The notes under the pieces were generated by a model that saw only the letters and a list, made by a program, of their open reading frames with translations, searched no databases and was not told the origin of the DNA. A DNA stretch of 24,000 nucleotides from Halalkalicoccus sp. NIPERK01 (GTDB lineage Archaea; Halobacteriota; Halobacteria; Halobacteriales; Halalkalicoccaceae). Below are positions 8,751 through 16,302 of this stretch, in pieces. The position numbers and the translations under genes are program-made. Every line of letters starts with the position of its first letter. The stretch's first letter is position 1. The stretch spans positions 702,403 through 726,402 of the forward strand of contig NZ_JASVVV010000001.1 of the NCBI RefSeq assembly GCF_030287405.1. Reading direction: 5' to 3'.

Positions 8751-8859
8751 TACTGTCGGTCATGGGCGTACGACCTGCGGTGGCACGAGTCGACGGGCAC
8801 GGGCACGAGTCCCGCCCGTCGTGGCTCCAAGCGATTCACGGCGGTATGACCGACAGTAT
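8750..8859. repeat. 110-bp element bounded by a perfect 14-bp inverted repeat (ATACTGTCGGTCAT / ATGACCGACAGTAT)
   Basis: Arms lie at 8750-8763 and 8846-8859. The interior contains an 8-bp stem (CGACGGGC...GCCCGTCG) and a 10-nt direct repeat GGCACGAGTC at 8782-8791 and 8802-8811. Confidence 0.6.
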
Positions 8860-8999
8860 ACCGAGCCCTATCGACGTCCGATAGTATTTTATGTTGGTCG
8901 TTCGTATAGAATATCCAATATGTTATCGAGCAGTCAAGTTCGTGGTTGGTCGCGGGGACGGATGGGAACACGATTCGATCGGGTAGGGAGGTCGGTGGC

Positions 9000-9389
9000 G
9001 TGATCCCGACGATCTGTATCGTGACGTCCGATCCGCGAGTCGCGGATCGGTATGCCGTCGCGCTCGCGGACGCGAGCCGTCGTCACGCTTCGTACTGGAC
9101 GCGGGCCGCCCTCGACGGCGTCGACGTGGTGCTGTTCGATCCCGCGACCGTCGACCGATCGACGGTCGCCGCCGATCGGGAGGACGGTGGGCGAACCTAT
9201 CGAGCGATCAAGATGGATGGGGACTTCGAGGGGACCGTCGAACGAGTCGCGCGGGCGGGTGATAAACGACGGTTCGAGGCGACGATCGACGCCCGGTTCG
9301 ACGCGCTGTCCGACGACGACCGTCCGGCGGTGACGGCTCCCGAGTCGCTCGACGCAGTCGAGTTCGGGGATCTTTACGAGGCGGTCTGA
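9000..9389 (+). CDS. Hypothetical acidic protein (~129 aa)
   Basis: GC3 is high. GGAGGT (8987-8992) lies 7 nt upstream of GTG 9000, which favours this start over the TTG at 8946 used by the ORF track. I recognise no family. Confidence 0.55.
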   Translation: MIPTICIVTSDPRVADRYAVALADASRRHASYWTRAALDGVDVVLFDPATVDRSTVAADREDGGRTYRAIKMDGDFEGTVERVARAGDKRRFEATIDARFDALSDDDRPAVTAPESLDAVEFGDLYEAV

Positions 9390-9511
9390 TCCGCCACGAG
9401 CGTCCGAGACGAGCGGGGTCCCATCGGAGAGCGGTGGAGGGGGTCCGCCAGCGTGATGAAACCGCGTCCTGCCCCGATCGTGCGACCGACACGGGTTCCG
9501 TTCTCACGGGT

Positions 9512-11257
9512 TCAGACGGTCAGGAAGAGCTCCACCAGCCGGGTGGTCACCACCGCGGTGAGACAGCCCAGCCAGCTCAGTAGGACGAAGTGGATGAAGG
9601 AGTTGGCCTTGTTGCCGCCGTCGACGGTTCGGATCATGATCGAGGAGAGCAGCGCGTTGAAGAGGATGACGACCAACAGCAGGTAGCGAATGAGTTCGAT
9701 GTCGTAGACCTCGGTGTGGATGAGCTGACCGACCCCGAGCTGTTGGGTCGCAGTGAGGTCGACATTCATCCCCGAGAGAATTGCGACGACTTCGAGGCCG
9801 ATGAAGAAGGCGAACGCAGAGGTAACGGTGATCCCGTACAGCAGTCCGATCAAGGTGACGGCCGCCTGTCTGCGCTGTTCGCGGAGCTGATTGACCTCGT
9901 TCATGTTCTGGCTGATGAGTTCACCCAGGCGGCGCGGACTGCCGCCCATCCGCCGGCCGATCAAGTACATCTCACTGAACTTCTGGATCAGGTACGACTG
10001 GGAGTCGGCGGCGAGGTAGCGCCACGCCAGCACGGGATCGAGACGCATGTTGAGGCGCTTGAACAGGTCGTCGATCTCGGTGGTGAGGGGGCCGAAGTCC
10101 TTCGTCCGCAGCGTCGAGAGCACGTCGGAGGTCGTGCTTCGCTTCGCGCTCTCGCTGGCCCCGAGCGCGCGGATGAAACTCGGGAACTCCGCGTCGCGGG
10201 CGGTGATCGCGCGCTCCTCGCGCCGGAGGACGTACCCCGGGATCAGAAGCGGTGTCAGCGGGACGGCGAGGTAGAGCGGTTCGGGGAGCGATTCGCGCAA
10301 GAAGAGGCTGTGGAGGCCGACGGGCGTGATCCCGAACAGGCCGCCCGCCGTGAGGACCACCAACAGGGCCGAGAGCACGCCACCGGCCACGAGGCTCGTG
10401 ACGATCCGCCCCTCCGCGGCCGAACGGAGCGTCTCGGGGTGGTACCAGATGGGATCGTGTGGCGACATCGTCCGGATGACGAGGTAAAAGCCGAACTGGA
10501 CGAAGACGAACATCGCGAGCACGGCCGCCACGGTCAAGGTGGGGTCGGTGCCGGTGAGGATCGGAAGGACGATGGCGAACACCAGCGCGAACGTCATCGA
10601 GAGGATCATCGACATGTAGAGGTCCTTCATCACCTCGATGTTGCCCATCGTGCTCTCGTAGACGGTCACGTACTGGCCGATCATCACGTCCTGTTCGGAC
10701 AGCAGGAAATCGCTCAGTTCCTGGCCAGCCCCCAGCGTGTAGGCCAGGCGGTCGAGGAAGTCCGCGAGCGCGTCGCTCGGAACGACCGCGGCGCGGCGTC
10801 GACACGCGTCGTCGAGGCTCTGGTTCCACGTATCGACGATCCGGACGATGCATCCCATCTCGCGGGCGAGTTCGCCGTACTCCTCCTCGCGGGAGAGCGT
10901 CCGAAACACCTCCATACGATCGATGTTCGTCGTTGCGAGGATCGTCATGTGGGTGACGAGCAGGTGGAACTGGTTCTCGATCTCGATCTTCCGTCGGCTG
11001 GCGAGCAGTTTCGGGTAGATGACCGCGGCACCGAGACACAACAGCCCGAGCAGCGGGATCGGGAGTCTGACGGCCAGCGGCACCGGCAACGCGAGCGCGC
11101 CGGCGACCGAGAGGACGAACACCACCGACGACGGCAACAGGACGGTGAGAACGTACCGCCCGATCGGCACCTCCATATACCGATAGGACCGTGCAATCTC
11201 CGTCACGAACGCCGCGAGCGAGGTCGAGAGCGATCCTCGTCGTGGATTCGTCGCCAT
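9512..11257 (-). CDS. arlJ: Archaellum assembly membrane platform protein ArlJ (FlaJ); type II secretion F family
   Basis: 581 aa polytopic membrane protein with two T2SF-like cytoplasmic domains. Its ATG overlaps the arlI stop by 1 nt (TAATG). Confidence 0.92.
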   Translation of the reverse strand: MATNPRRGSLSTSLAAFVTEIARSYRYMEVPIGRYVLTVLLPSSVVFVLSVAGALALPVPLAVRLPIPLLGLLCLGAAVIYPKLLASRRKIEIENQFHLLVTHMTILATTNIDRMEVFRTLSREEEYGELAREMGCIVRIVDTWNQSLDDACRRRAAVVPSDALADFLDRLAYTLGAGQELSDFLLSEQDVMIGQYVTVYESTMGNIEVMKDLYMSMILSMTFALVFAIVLPILTGTDPTLTVAAVLAMFVFVQFGFYLVIRTMSPHDPIWYHPETLRSAAEGRIVTSLVAGGVLSALLVVLTAGGLFGITPVGLHSLFLRESLPEPLYLAVPLTPLLIPGYVLRREERAITARDAEFPSFIRALGASESAKRSTTSDVLSTLRTKDFGPLTTEIDDLFKRLNMRLDPVLAWRYLAADSQSYLIQKFSEMYLIGRRMGGSPRRLGELISQNMNEVNQLREQRRQAAVTLIGLLYGITVTSAFAFFIGLEVVAILSGMNVDLTATQQLGVGQLIHTEVYDIELIRYLLLVVILFNALLSSIMIRTVDGGNKANSFIHFVLLSWLGCLTAVVTTRLVELFLTV

Positions 11258-12933
11258 TATCGCCTCGTCAACCGGTGGATGTCGAACGGCAGTCCCTCGA
11301 TCCCGTCGCGCTGCAACGCCGAGATCGCCTCGTTCACCTCGTGATACCCCGTGATCCCGTCATCGATCAGCCGCTCGATTACCGTGGCACGGAACTCGAG
11401 GTCGGTGTATATCTCGCGCGTGTCGGCGTAGCCCAGCAGGGTCGCGATCTGTTCTTCGAGTACGTAGGAGTTGTTCATACCCTGAAAGACGATCTCGTCC
11501 GCGACGGGGTCCCAGTAGAACACCTCGCGGGTGACGACACCGTCCATCTCCTTGGAGTAGCCCTCTATCTCCTGAACGCTCGTGACCCGTCTGAGGACGT
11601 TCTCGCCCTGTTTGACGCGGTTCTGGAAGATCGCGACGTCGGCGTTGTCCATGAACGTCTCCGGGACGCGAATGGGGTCGCCGGTGAACCGCTGGATCAT
11701 CGAGACGATGTCCGAGGCGTGGAAGGTGAGCATGACCGGGTGGCCGGTCTGGGCGGCCTGAAACGCCATGCGGCCCTCCTCGCCACGGACCTCGCCGACG
11801 ACGATGTAGTCCGGGCGCGAGCGCAGGGCGGCGGCCACGAGGTCGAACATGTCGACGTCCTTGCTGTCACCGCCGCCGCCCTCGCGGGTGAGCAGCTGCT
11901 GCCAGGTGTCGTGGGGCGGCAGCACCTCGGCGGTGTCCTCAGCGGTGTAGATCTTCGAGTCGCGGGGGATAAAGGACATGATGGAGTTCAGCGTGGTCGT
12001 CTTCCCGCTCGCGGTCTCGCCGACAACGAAGACCGTCTGTTCGTTCTCCAGACAGAGCCACAGGTAGGCGGCGAGTTCGGGCGAGAGCGTCCCCCACTCG
12101 GTGATCTGTGCGACCGACAGGGGGACCTCTTGGCCCTGTCGGATCGTCAGGCTGGGGCCCTTGAGACTCACATCGTCGGAGTAGATGAGGTTGAGCCGCG
12201 ACCCGTCGGGGAGCGTCGAGTCGACGATCGGATCGGCGTCGCTCACGGGGTCGCCGATCCGCTCGCCCAGGTTGCGGATCCACTGCTGGAACCGCTCGGG
12301 AGGACCGAAATCGACCGTCGTCTTCAGCATGCCGTAGACGCCGTGATCGACGTAACACTCGTGGGGCCCGATGACGTGGACGTCCTCGTTCGCCGGATCA
12401 CGGAGAACGCCCTCGAGCGGCCCCAGACCGACGATGTCGCGGACGAGGCGGTAGCGAAGGTTCTCGTACGTTCGCGGAGAGACGCGGTACCGACCGATCG
12501 AGAGCGCCCGTCCGAGCGTCTCCTTCCACCCCGGCGGTCGGTCGTCGGTGTAGGCCGTCGCCGCCAGCAGTTGTTCGATTCGGTCGACGTACTCCGCGTC
12601 GTCCTCGGGGGCGGCGTGATCGACGCTCTTTCGCAGGAGTTCGGTCGTGACGTTCTCGTAGAGGTCGTGTTCCTCCTCCGAGAGGGTCGGCTCGACGACG
12701 TGGTAGGTCGTGTCCCGACCCACGTCGCCGTAGATGTGACAGTGGATCGGACCGTCGATCGGATAGATGACGTTTGGATAGGTCGTCTCGTACTCGCCGT
12801 CGGCCGCCTCGATGACCTGGGGGAACTCGCCGCTCTCACGTTTGTGCGCTACCAGGTGTTCGCGCAGGTGGGGGTGTCGCGTGGCGAGTTCGCGCACCGC
12901 CTTGGAGGGTCTGGTGGTTCCCTGATCGCTCAT
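11257..12933 (-). CDS. arlI: Archaellum motor/assembly ATPase ArlI (FlaI); type II/IV secretion ATPase
   Basis: 558 aa. Walker A is VVGETASGKTTTLNS, and the Asp/His-box region reads PDYIVVGEVRGEE...GHPVMLTFHA. Confidence 0.95.
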   Translation of the reverse strand: MSDQGTTRPSKAVRELATRHPHLREHLVAHKRESGEFPQVIEAADGEYETTYPNVIYPIDGPIHCHIYGDVGRDTTYHVVEPTLSEEEHDLYENVTTELLRKSVDHAAPEDDAEYVDRIEQLLAATAYTDDRPPGWKETLGRALSIGRYRVSPRTYENLRYRLVRDIVGLGPLEGVLRDPANEDVHVIGPHECYVDHGVYGMLKTTVDFGPPERFQQWIRNLGERIGDPVSDADPIVDSTLPDGSRLNLIYSDDVSLKGPSLTIRQGQEVPLSVAQITEWGTLSPELAAYLWLCLENEQTVFVVGETASGKTTTLNSIMSFIPRDSKIYTAEDTAEVLPPHDTWQQLLTREGGGGDSKDVDMFDLVAAALRSRPDYIVVGEVRGEEGRMAFQAAQTGHPVMLTFHASDIVSMIQRFTGDPIRVPETFMDNADVAIFQNRVKQGENVLRRVTSVQEIEGYSKEMDGVVTREVFYWDPVADEIVFQGMNNSYVLEEQIATLLGYADTREIYTDLEFRATVIERLIDDGITGYHEVNEAISALQRDGIEGLPFDIHRLTRR

Positions 12934-12934
12934 C

Positions 12935-13693
12935 TCAGGCGATGCTGCGGCTCTCGATCACGATGCCGGTGCCCGAACGGACGGAGTAGCCGACCGTGTC
13001 GCCGACCTGCTCGCCCATCCCCGCGAAGCGCTTGACCGAGATCTGACGGCGGACGTCGTTGCCGACCTGGATCATCTGGAGTTCGAGGAACACGTCCGCG
13101 ATCGACCGAAAAGGGCCGATCGCCTCGTCGTCGACAGTCGAGGGGTCGACCGTCAGGACGACGACCTTCCCACAAGAGGTGAGGTCGCGGAAGAACGAGA
13201 TGATATCGAGTGCGGCCTGGCGCTGGTCGTTCTGCCTGACGAGCGCCTCGAATGTGGGGTCGTTCCGGAGGATGGCGTCGAACGTATCGAGGACGATCAC
13301 GTCCGACTCCCACATCGTGTCGGCCGCCATCAACTGGGTGAGCAGTTCGCGTCGGCGTCCCCTCCCGTTCTCGTTGGAGAAAGAATCTCCGGTGTCGAGG
13401 TTGGCGTGCAAGAACAGGAGGCGTTCGTCGAGCAGGTGCGAGACCACGTCGTACGAGAGTGAGTGCATCTGCTCGACGAACCCGCCGACGGCGAGTTCGG
13501 TCGAGAGGTACGTAACCGTGTAGCCGGTCTCGCAGAACCCGTAGCTGAACCGCTGGGACAGCGCGCTCTTTCCGGCCCCGTAATCGCCCTCCACGAGGAC
13601 GATGCTCCCTCTTGGGAGCCCGCCGCCGAGTTCCGCGTCGAGGCGGTCGTGATCGTCGAGGCCGAGCGACAGGAGGGTACGGTTCGCGCTCAT
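12935..13693 (-). CDS. arlH: ArlH (FlaH), KaiC-like archaellum ATPase/regulator
   Basis: Walker A is VEGDYGAGKS and Walker B is DVIVLDTFD. I prefer ATG 13693 (MSANRTLLSLGL), which forms an ATGA overlap with the arlCE stop. Confidence 0.9.
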   Translation of the reverse strand: MSANRTLLSLGLDDHDRLDAELGGGLPRGSIVLVEGDYGAGKSALSQRFSYGFCETGYTVTYLSTELAVGGFVEQMHSLSYDVVSHLLDERLLFLHANLDTGDSFSNENGRGRRRELLTQLMAADTMWESDVIVLDTFDAILRNDPTFEALVRQNDQRQAALDIISFFRDLTSCGKVVVLTVDPSTVDDEAIGPFRSIADVFLELQMIQVGNDVRRQISVKRFAGMGEQVGDTVGYSVRSGTGIVIESRSIA

Positions 13694-14637
13694 CGACAGT
13701 GCTCCGAGGAGCCGTCCGTCCACCCGTCCAGGACGACGGGTGCCGAGTCGCTACTCGAAAGCCGGCAGATGTACCGCAGGCTCTGGGTGTGGTGGGCGGT
13801 CGTCAGTTGCGCGCCCTCCTCGGAGTCGCCACCGAAGCCGGCGATGAACGCCCGCAACTGATCGGCACCCGTCTCGTCGATCCACTCGATGGTCTCGTAG
13901 TAGTCGATCGCACCCTCGGCCTCGGCGTGGCCGGCAGCATCGACGAGGTATTCGAGCCATTCGAGGATAAGCAGGTCCGCGACGTAACCATCGGGTAGTC
14001 CCCGCAGATAGGGTTTCTCCGCGTTCGGATCGTCGCTCAGTGTCCGTTGGGCGAACTGGAGGTCGGCGTCCATCCCGCCGTCGGCCAGTCCCTCGGCCGC
14101 AGGGGCAGTACCTTCCGAACCCTCGGCTTCGGCCCCGTCGGATTCGTACTCCGCCTTGAGGTCGTCGAACGAGGTCCCGTCGGCGTCCGTAATCGGTTCG
14201 TTTCCGTCGTCGGCACCGACCCCGAACAGGCCGAGCGAACCGCTTTCGTCGTACGCGTGGGCGGGATCGATCTCGTCGACGAAGGGGTTGATCCCCTGTG
14301 TCACCATCTCGTAGACGTCGAGCAGTTTCCGGACGTTCTCCTCGACGGTGTCGACGGTCTCGCCGATCTCCTCGTTCTCGCTTTTGATGGTGCCGACCGT
14401 CGACGAGAGCCTCGCAAACTCCGCCTCGATATCGTCGATCCGACGTTCCAGTTCCTCGACTGCGTACTCATCCGGCTTCTCGGAGAACGGTTCCGCGTCG
14501 TCGGCGTCCTCCGCGTCGTCGGAGAACGGGTCGTCGCCCTCGTCGAGTTCCGTAGCGAATGGATCGCCGCCGTCGGTCGCCGCCGAGGCGTCGGTCTCCT
14601 CGTCGCCCTCTCCCTGAAAGCGATCGAACAGGCTCAC
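13690..14637 (-). CDS. ArlC/D/E-type fusion protein (FlaC-like N-terminal coiled coil plus FlaD/E C-terminal domain)
   Basis: 315 aa. A coiled-coil segment (IDDIEAEFARLSSTVGTIKSENEEIGETVDTVEENVRKLLDVYEMVTQGINPF) is followed by PYLRGLPDGYVADLLILEWLEYLV...HHTQSLRYI, typical of the FlaD/E domain. GTG start. Confidence 0.85.
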   Translation of the reverse strand: MSLFDRFQGEGDEETDASAATDGGDPFATELDEGDDPFSDDAEDADDAEPFSEKPDEYAVEELERRIDDIEAEFARLSSTVGTIKSENEEIGETVDTVEENVRKLLDVYEMVTQGINPFVDEIDPAHAYDESGSLGLFGVGADDGNEPITDADGTSFDDLKAEYESDGAEAEGSEGTAPAAEGLADGGMDADLQFAQRTLSDDPNAEKPYLRGLPDGYVADLLILEWLEYLVDAAGHAEAEGAIDYYETIEWIDETGADQLRAFIAGFGGDSEEGAQLTTAHHTQSLRYICRLSSSDSAPVVLDGWTDGSSEHCR

Positions 14638-14690
14638 GCCAATCGCTCCATCACTCTGGGCTCGTCGATCAGGGTTGTCGTTTCAGTCAT
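14634..14690 (-). other. 18-codon upstream ORF (MTETTTLIDEPRVMERLA) whose TGA overlaps the arlCE GTG start (GTGA)
   Basis: ATG 14690-14688 lies about 26 nt downstream of the TATA-like box at 14711-14722. The stop at 14636-14634 overlaps GTG 14637-14635. Whether it is translated is unknown. Confidence 0.3.
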
Positions 14691-14710
14691 TACATCTAGA
14701 AAAACTCATA

Positions 14711-14722
14711 TTATTATTTAAT
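14711..14722 (-). promoter_or_regulatory. TATA-like box for the arlCE-arlH-arlI-arlJ unit
   Basis: The minus strand reads TTAAATAATAAT. It is the only AT-rich island in the 187-bp gap between the 155-aa orphan and arlCE. Confidence 0.5.
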
Positions 14723-14824
14723 CTTCCGGCCCGACTATCAGCGCTGAGATCGCGGACCGAGTATCGTCTCGTCGCGACGAACGGGAGCGAGAATCGAACG
14801 GGCTACAGCCGCAGGTGTTCGGGA

Positions 14825-15292
14825 CTACCGGTGGGGTGTGTCCGGGAGGGCGGCGAGGAGGTCGGCGATGGCGTCCTCGCTCGTGAGGTCGTAGCGCTCC
14901 ATCGTCGTTTCGACGGTCGCCCGCGGGCCGATCGCCAGGTCCGACTCGGCGATGAGGATCCGGAGGACCCTCGCGGGATCGAGGTCGGCGTCGACCTGCT
15001 CGGCGTACCAGCTAGCGAGTTCGGAGAAGACCGCGACGACGTCGTTCGACCGGGTGCGATAGCTCGAAACGCGCCCGTCGACGTTCACCTCGACGTCGAG
15101 ACCGTAGCGGGCCGCATCAGGGTCGAACGCCGGACGAGTCGGCTCCTCGTGGATCGGCTCGGGGGGACCGTCGCCGGTCGAGACGACGTAGCGTCCCTCC
15201 CCGATCTCGGCGACGTGCTCGCTGTCGGCGATGTCGAGATCCGACGGTGAGAGCACGCCGTCGTCGGACTGGTCGGGTCGCTCGTCCGCCAT
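14825..15292 (-). CDS. Hypothetical acidic cytoplasmic protein (155 aa) embedded between arlG and arlCE
   Basis: GC3 is high, there is no TM segment, and it has no FlaC or FlaD/E motifs. ATG 15292 is preceded by a TATA-like GTATTTATC. Confidence 0.7.
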   Translation of the reverse strand: MADERPDQSDDGVLSPSDLDIADSEHVAEIGEGRYVVSTGDGPPEPIHEEPTRPAFDPDAARYGLDVEVNVDGRVSSYRTRSNDVVAVFSELASWYAEQVDADLDPARVLRILIAESDLAIGPRATVETTMERYDLTSEDAIADLLAALPDTPHR

Positions 15293-15313
15293 ACCCGATA
15301 GATGTCAGCGTGC

Positions 15314-15322
15314 GATAAATAC
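15314..15322 (-). promoter_or_regulatory. TATA-like box in the 37-bp arlG-orphan spacer
   Basis: The minus strand reads GTATTTATC, centred about 26 nt upstream of ATG 15292. Confidence 0.35.
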
Positions 15323-15329
15323 CTGTTGA

Positions 15330-15785
15330 TCAGTAATAGAAGTCGAACGTCGCCCGACTGCCGTGGACGATCACCGTCGCGCGGTGGTCGCCGGGAGCGA
15401 GTTCGTCCCCGAGCGAGACGGTCACCTCGGCGACCGCCCCCGAAGACCACCGCTCGCCCCCGGAGACGACTTCGATGGAGGGGTCGGATCGGTACTGCCC
15501 ATCGAGCAGCACGTCGAGGTTCGACCCGTCGGTTTCCAGTTGAGCGCGGCCTGTGTTCTTGACGAGCAGGGTGAGCGTCCGGTTGCTTCCATCGTAGATC
15601 GAGCCACCGGCAGGGTCGCTGATGATCGCGACGTCGGTATCGATCTGTCGGGTGAGGTCTTCGCTCTGTCGGTCGACCGAGCTACTGACCTGTTCGACGC
15701 CCGCGATCAGCGTGCCCGCGACGCTCGCGGCGACCAGCAGGCTCGCGATGAAGATAATCAGGTGGGAGATCGAGACGGAGCCCAC
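15330..15785 (-). CDS. arlG: ArlG (FlaG) archaellum stator-associated protein
   Basis: An N-terminal TM helix (ISHLIIFIASLLVAASVAGTLIAGV) is followed by a soluble beta-rich domain. I prefer GTG 15785, which overlaps the arlF TAG by 1 nt. The ORF-track extension to 15893 is Arg-rich and overlaps arlF. Confidence 0.85.
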   Translation of the reverse strand: MGSVSISHLIIFIASLLVAASVAGTLIAGVEQVSSSVDRQSEDLTRQIDTDVAIISDPAGGSIYDGSNRTLTLLVKNTGRAQLETDGSNLDVLLDGQYRSDPSIEVVSGGERWSSGAVAEVTVSLGDELAPGDHRATVIVHGSRATFDFYY

Positions 15786-16222
15786 TACGCAGCCTCCAGT
15801 ATCGCCGTCGCAGCGACGCCGTTTTGCGTCACGATCTTCACGCTCTCTCCACCGGGTTCGATCCCGTATTCGAGGGTCTCGCCCGGCAGCCACAGGTCCG
15901 TTTCCTCCTTCGGCTCGTCGCTTCCGTCGAGGACCGTCGGCTCCGCGTTCCTGTACTCGCCGTCGACCAGCAGATCCGTGCGATCGATCGAGAGGACGGT
16001 CGAACCGGTGTTCGTGACGGGGACGGTGACGGTGCCGTTGTCCTCGCTTGTCACGCCGATCTCGATCGCCGTGTTCTGTCTGTCGAGGAGGCGATCAGCG
16101 CGCTCGTCCTGTGCGGTCGTCACGCGGTCGAAGCTGTCGGTCGCGACGGTGAACGCCGCGCTGAACGCGATCAGACAGCCGATCAGGATGACCACCGTGG
16201 ATCCGCTTACGCTGAAGCCCAT
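15785..16222 (-). CDS. arlF: ArlF (FlaF) archaellum stator-associated protein
   Basis: I prefer ATG 16222 (MGFSVSGSTVVILIGCLIAFSAAF), which gives an archaellin-like hydrophobic N-terminus followed by a beta domain (VTVPVTNTGSTVL). Confidence 0.85.
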   Translation of the reverse strand: MGFSVSGSTVVILIGCLIAFSAAFTVATDSFDRVTTAQDERADRLLDRQNTAIEIGVTSEDNGTVTVPVTNTGSTVLSIDRTDLLVDGEYRNAEPTVLDGSDEPKEETDLWLPGETLEYGIEPGGESVKIVTQNGVAATAILEAA

Positions 16223-16255
16223 TTGGTATGTGTTTCGTGTACTGAAAGCCGACAC

Positions 16256-16269
16256 GGCGTCACGACGCC
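16256..16269 (-). terminator. Possible attenuator hairpin between the archaellin genes and arlF
   Basis: GGCGT-cacg-ACGCC (5-bp stem) is followed on the minus strand by GTGTCGGCTTTC. It lies in the 80-bp archaellin-arlF gap. Weak. Confidence 0.2.
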
Positions 16270-16302
16270 GACCGGTCGATAGGTGTGGTTAGTGAGCGAT
16301 TC

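Noticed and set aside
8782-8811. The direct repeat GGCACGAGTC x2 and the tandem GGGCAC as a possible CRISPR-like or tandem array
   Set aside because: There are only two copies of a 10-mer. That is far too short and too few for a CRISPR array or a meaningful tandem repeat.
8750-8859. Calling the inverted-repeat-bounded element a MITE or IS remnant
   Set aside because: I could find no target-site duplication flanking the arms, there is no transposase, and only one copy is visible in this window. I kept it as an unexplained repeat rather than a mobile-element call.
8747-9003. 74-aa minus-strand and 60-aa plus-strand ORFs in the gap after the KaiC-like gene
   Set aside because: They have low GC3 and non-acidic, odd composition, and they span the inverted-repeat element and an AT-rich promoter-like stretch. 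I treat this region as non-coding.
9590-13035. Long plus-strand ORFs (584 aa and 614 aa) antisense to arlJ and arlI, together with similar Arg/Gly/Asp-rich ORFs elsewhere (3292-4359 minus, 20702-22150 minus, 22283-23350 minus, 22345-23646 plus, 5135-6052 plus, 5656-6417 minus)
   Set aside because: These are shadow ORFs typical of high-GC DNA, where stop codons are rare. They have low-complexity R/G/P/D-rich products and lie opposite or out of frame to genes with clear family signatures.
14740-14824. A GTTCGATTC T-loop-like motif on the minus strand just after the 155-aa orphan, which suggested a tRNA
   Set aside because: The flanking bases do not form a T-stem (GCCCG versus CTCGC). I could not build an acceptor or anticodon arm.
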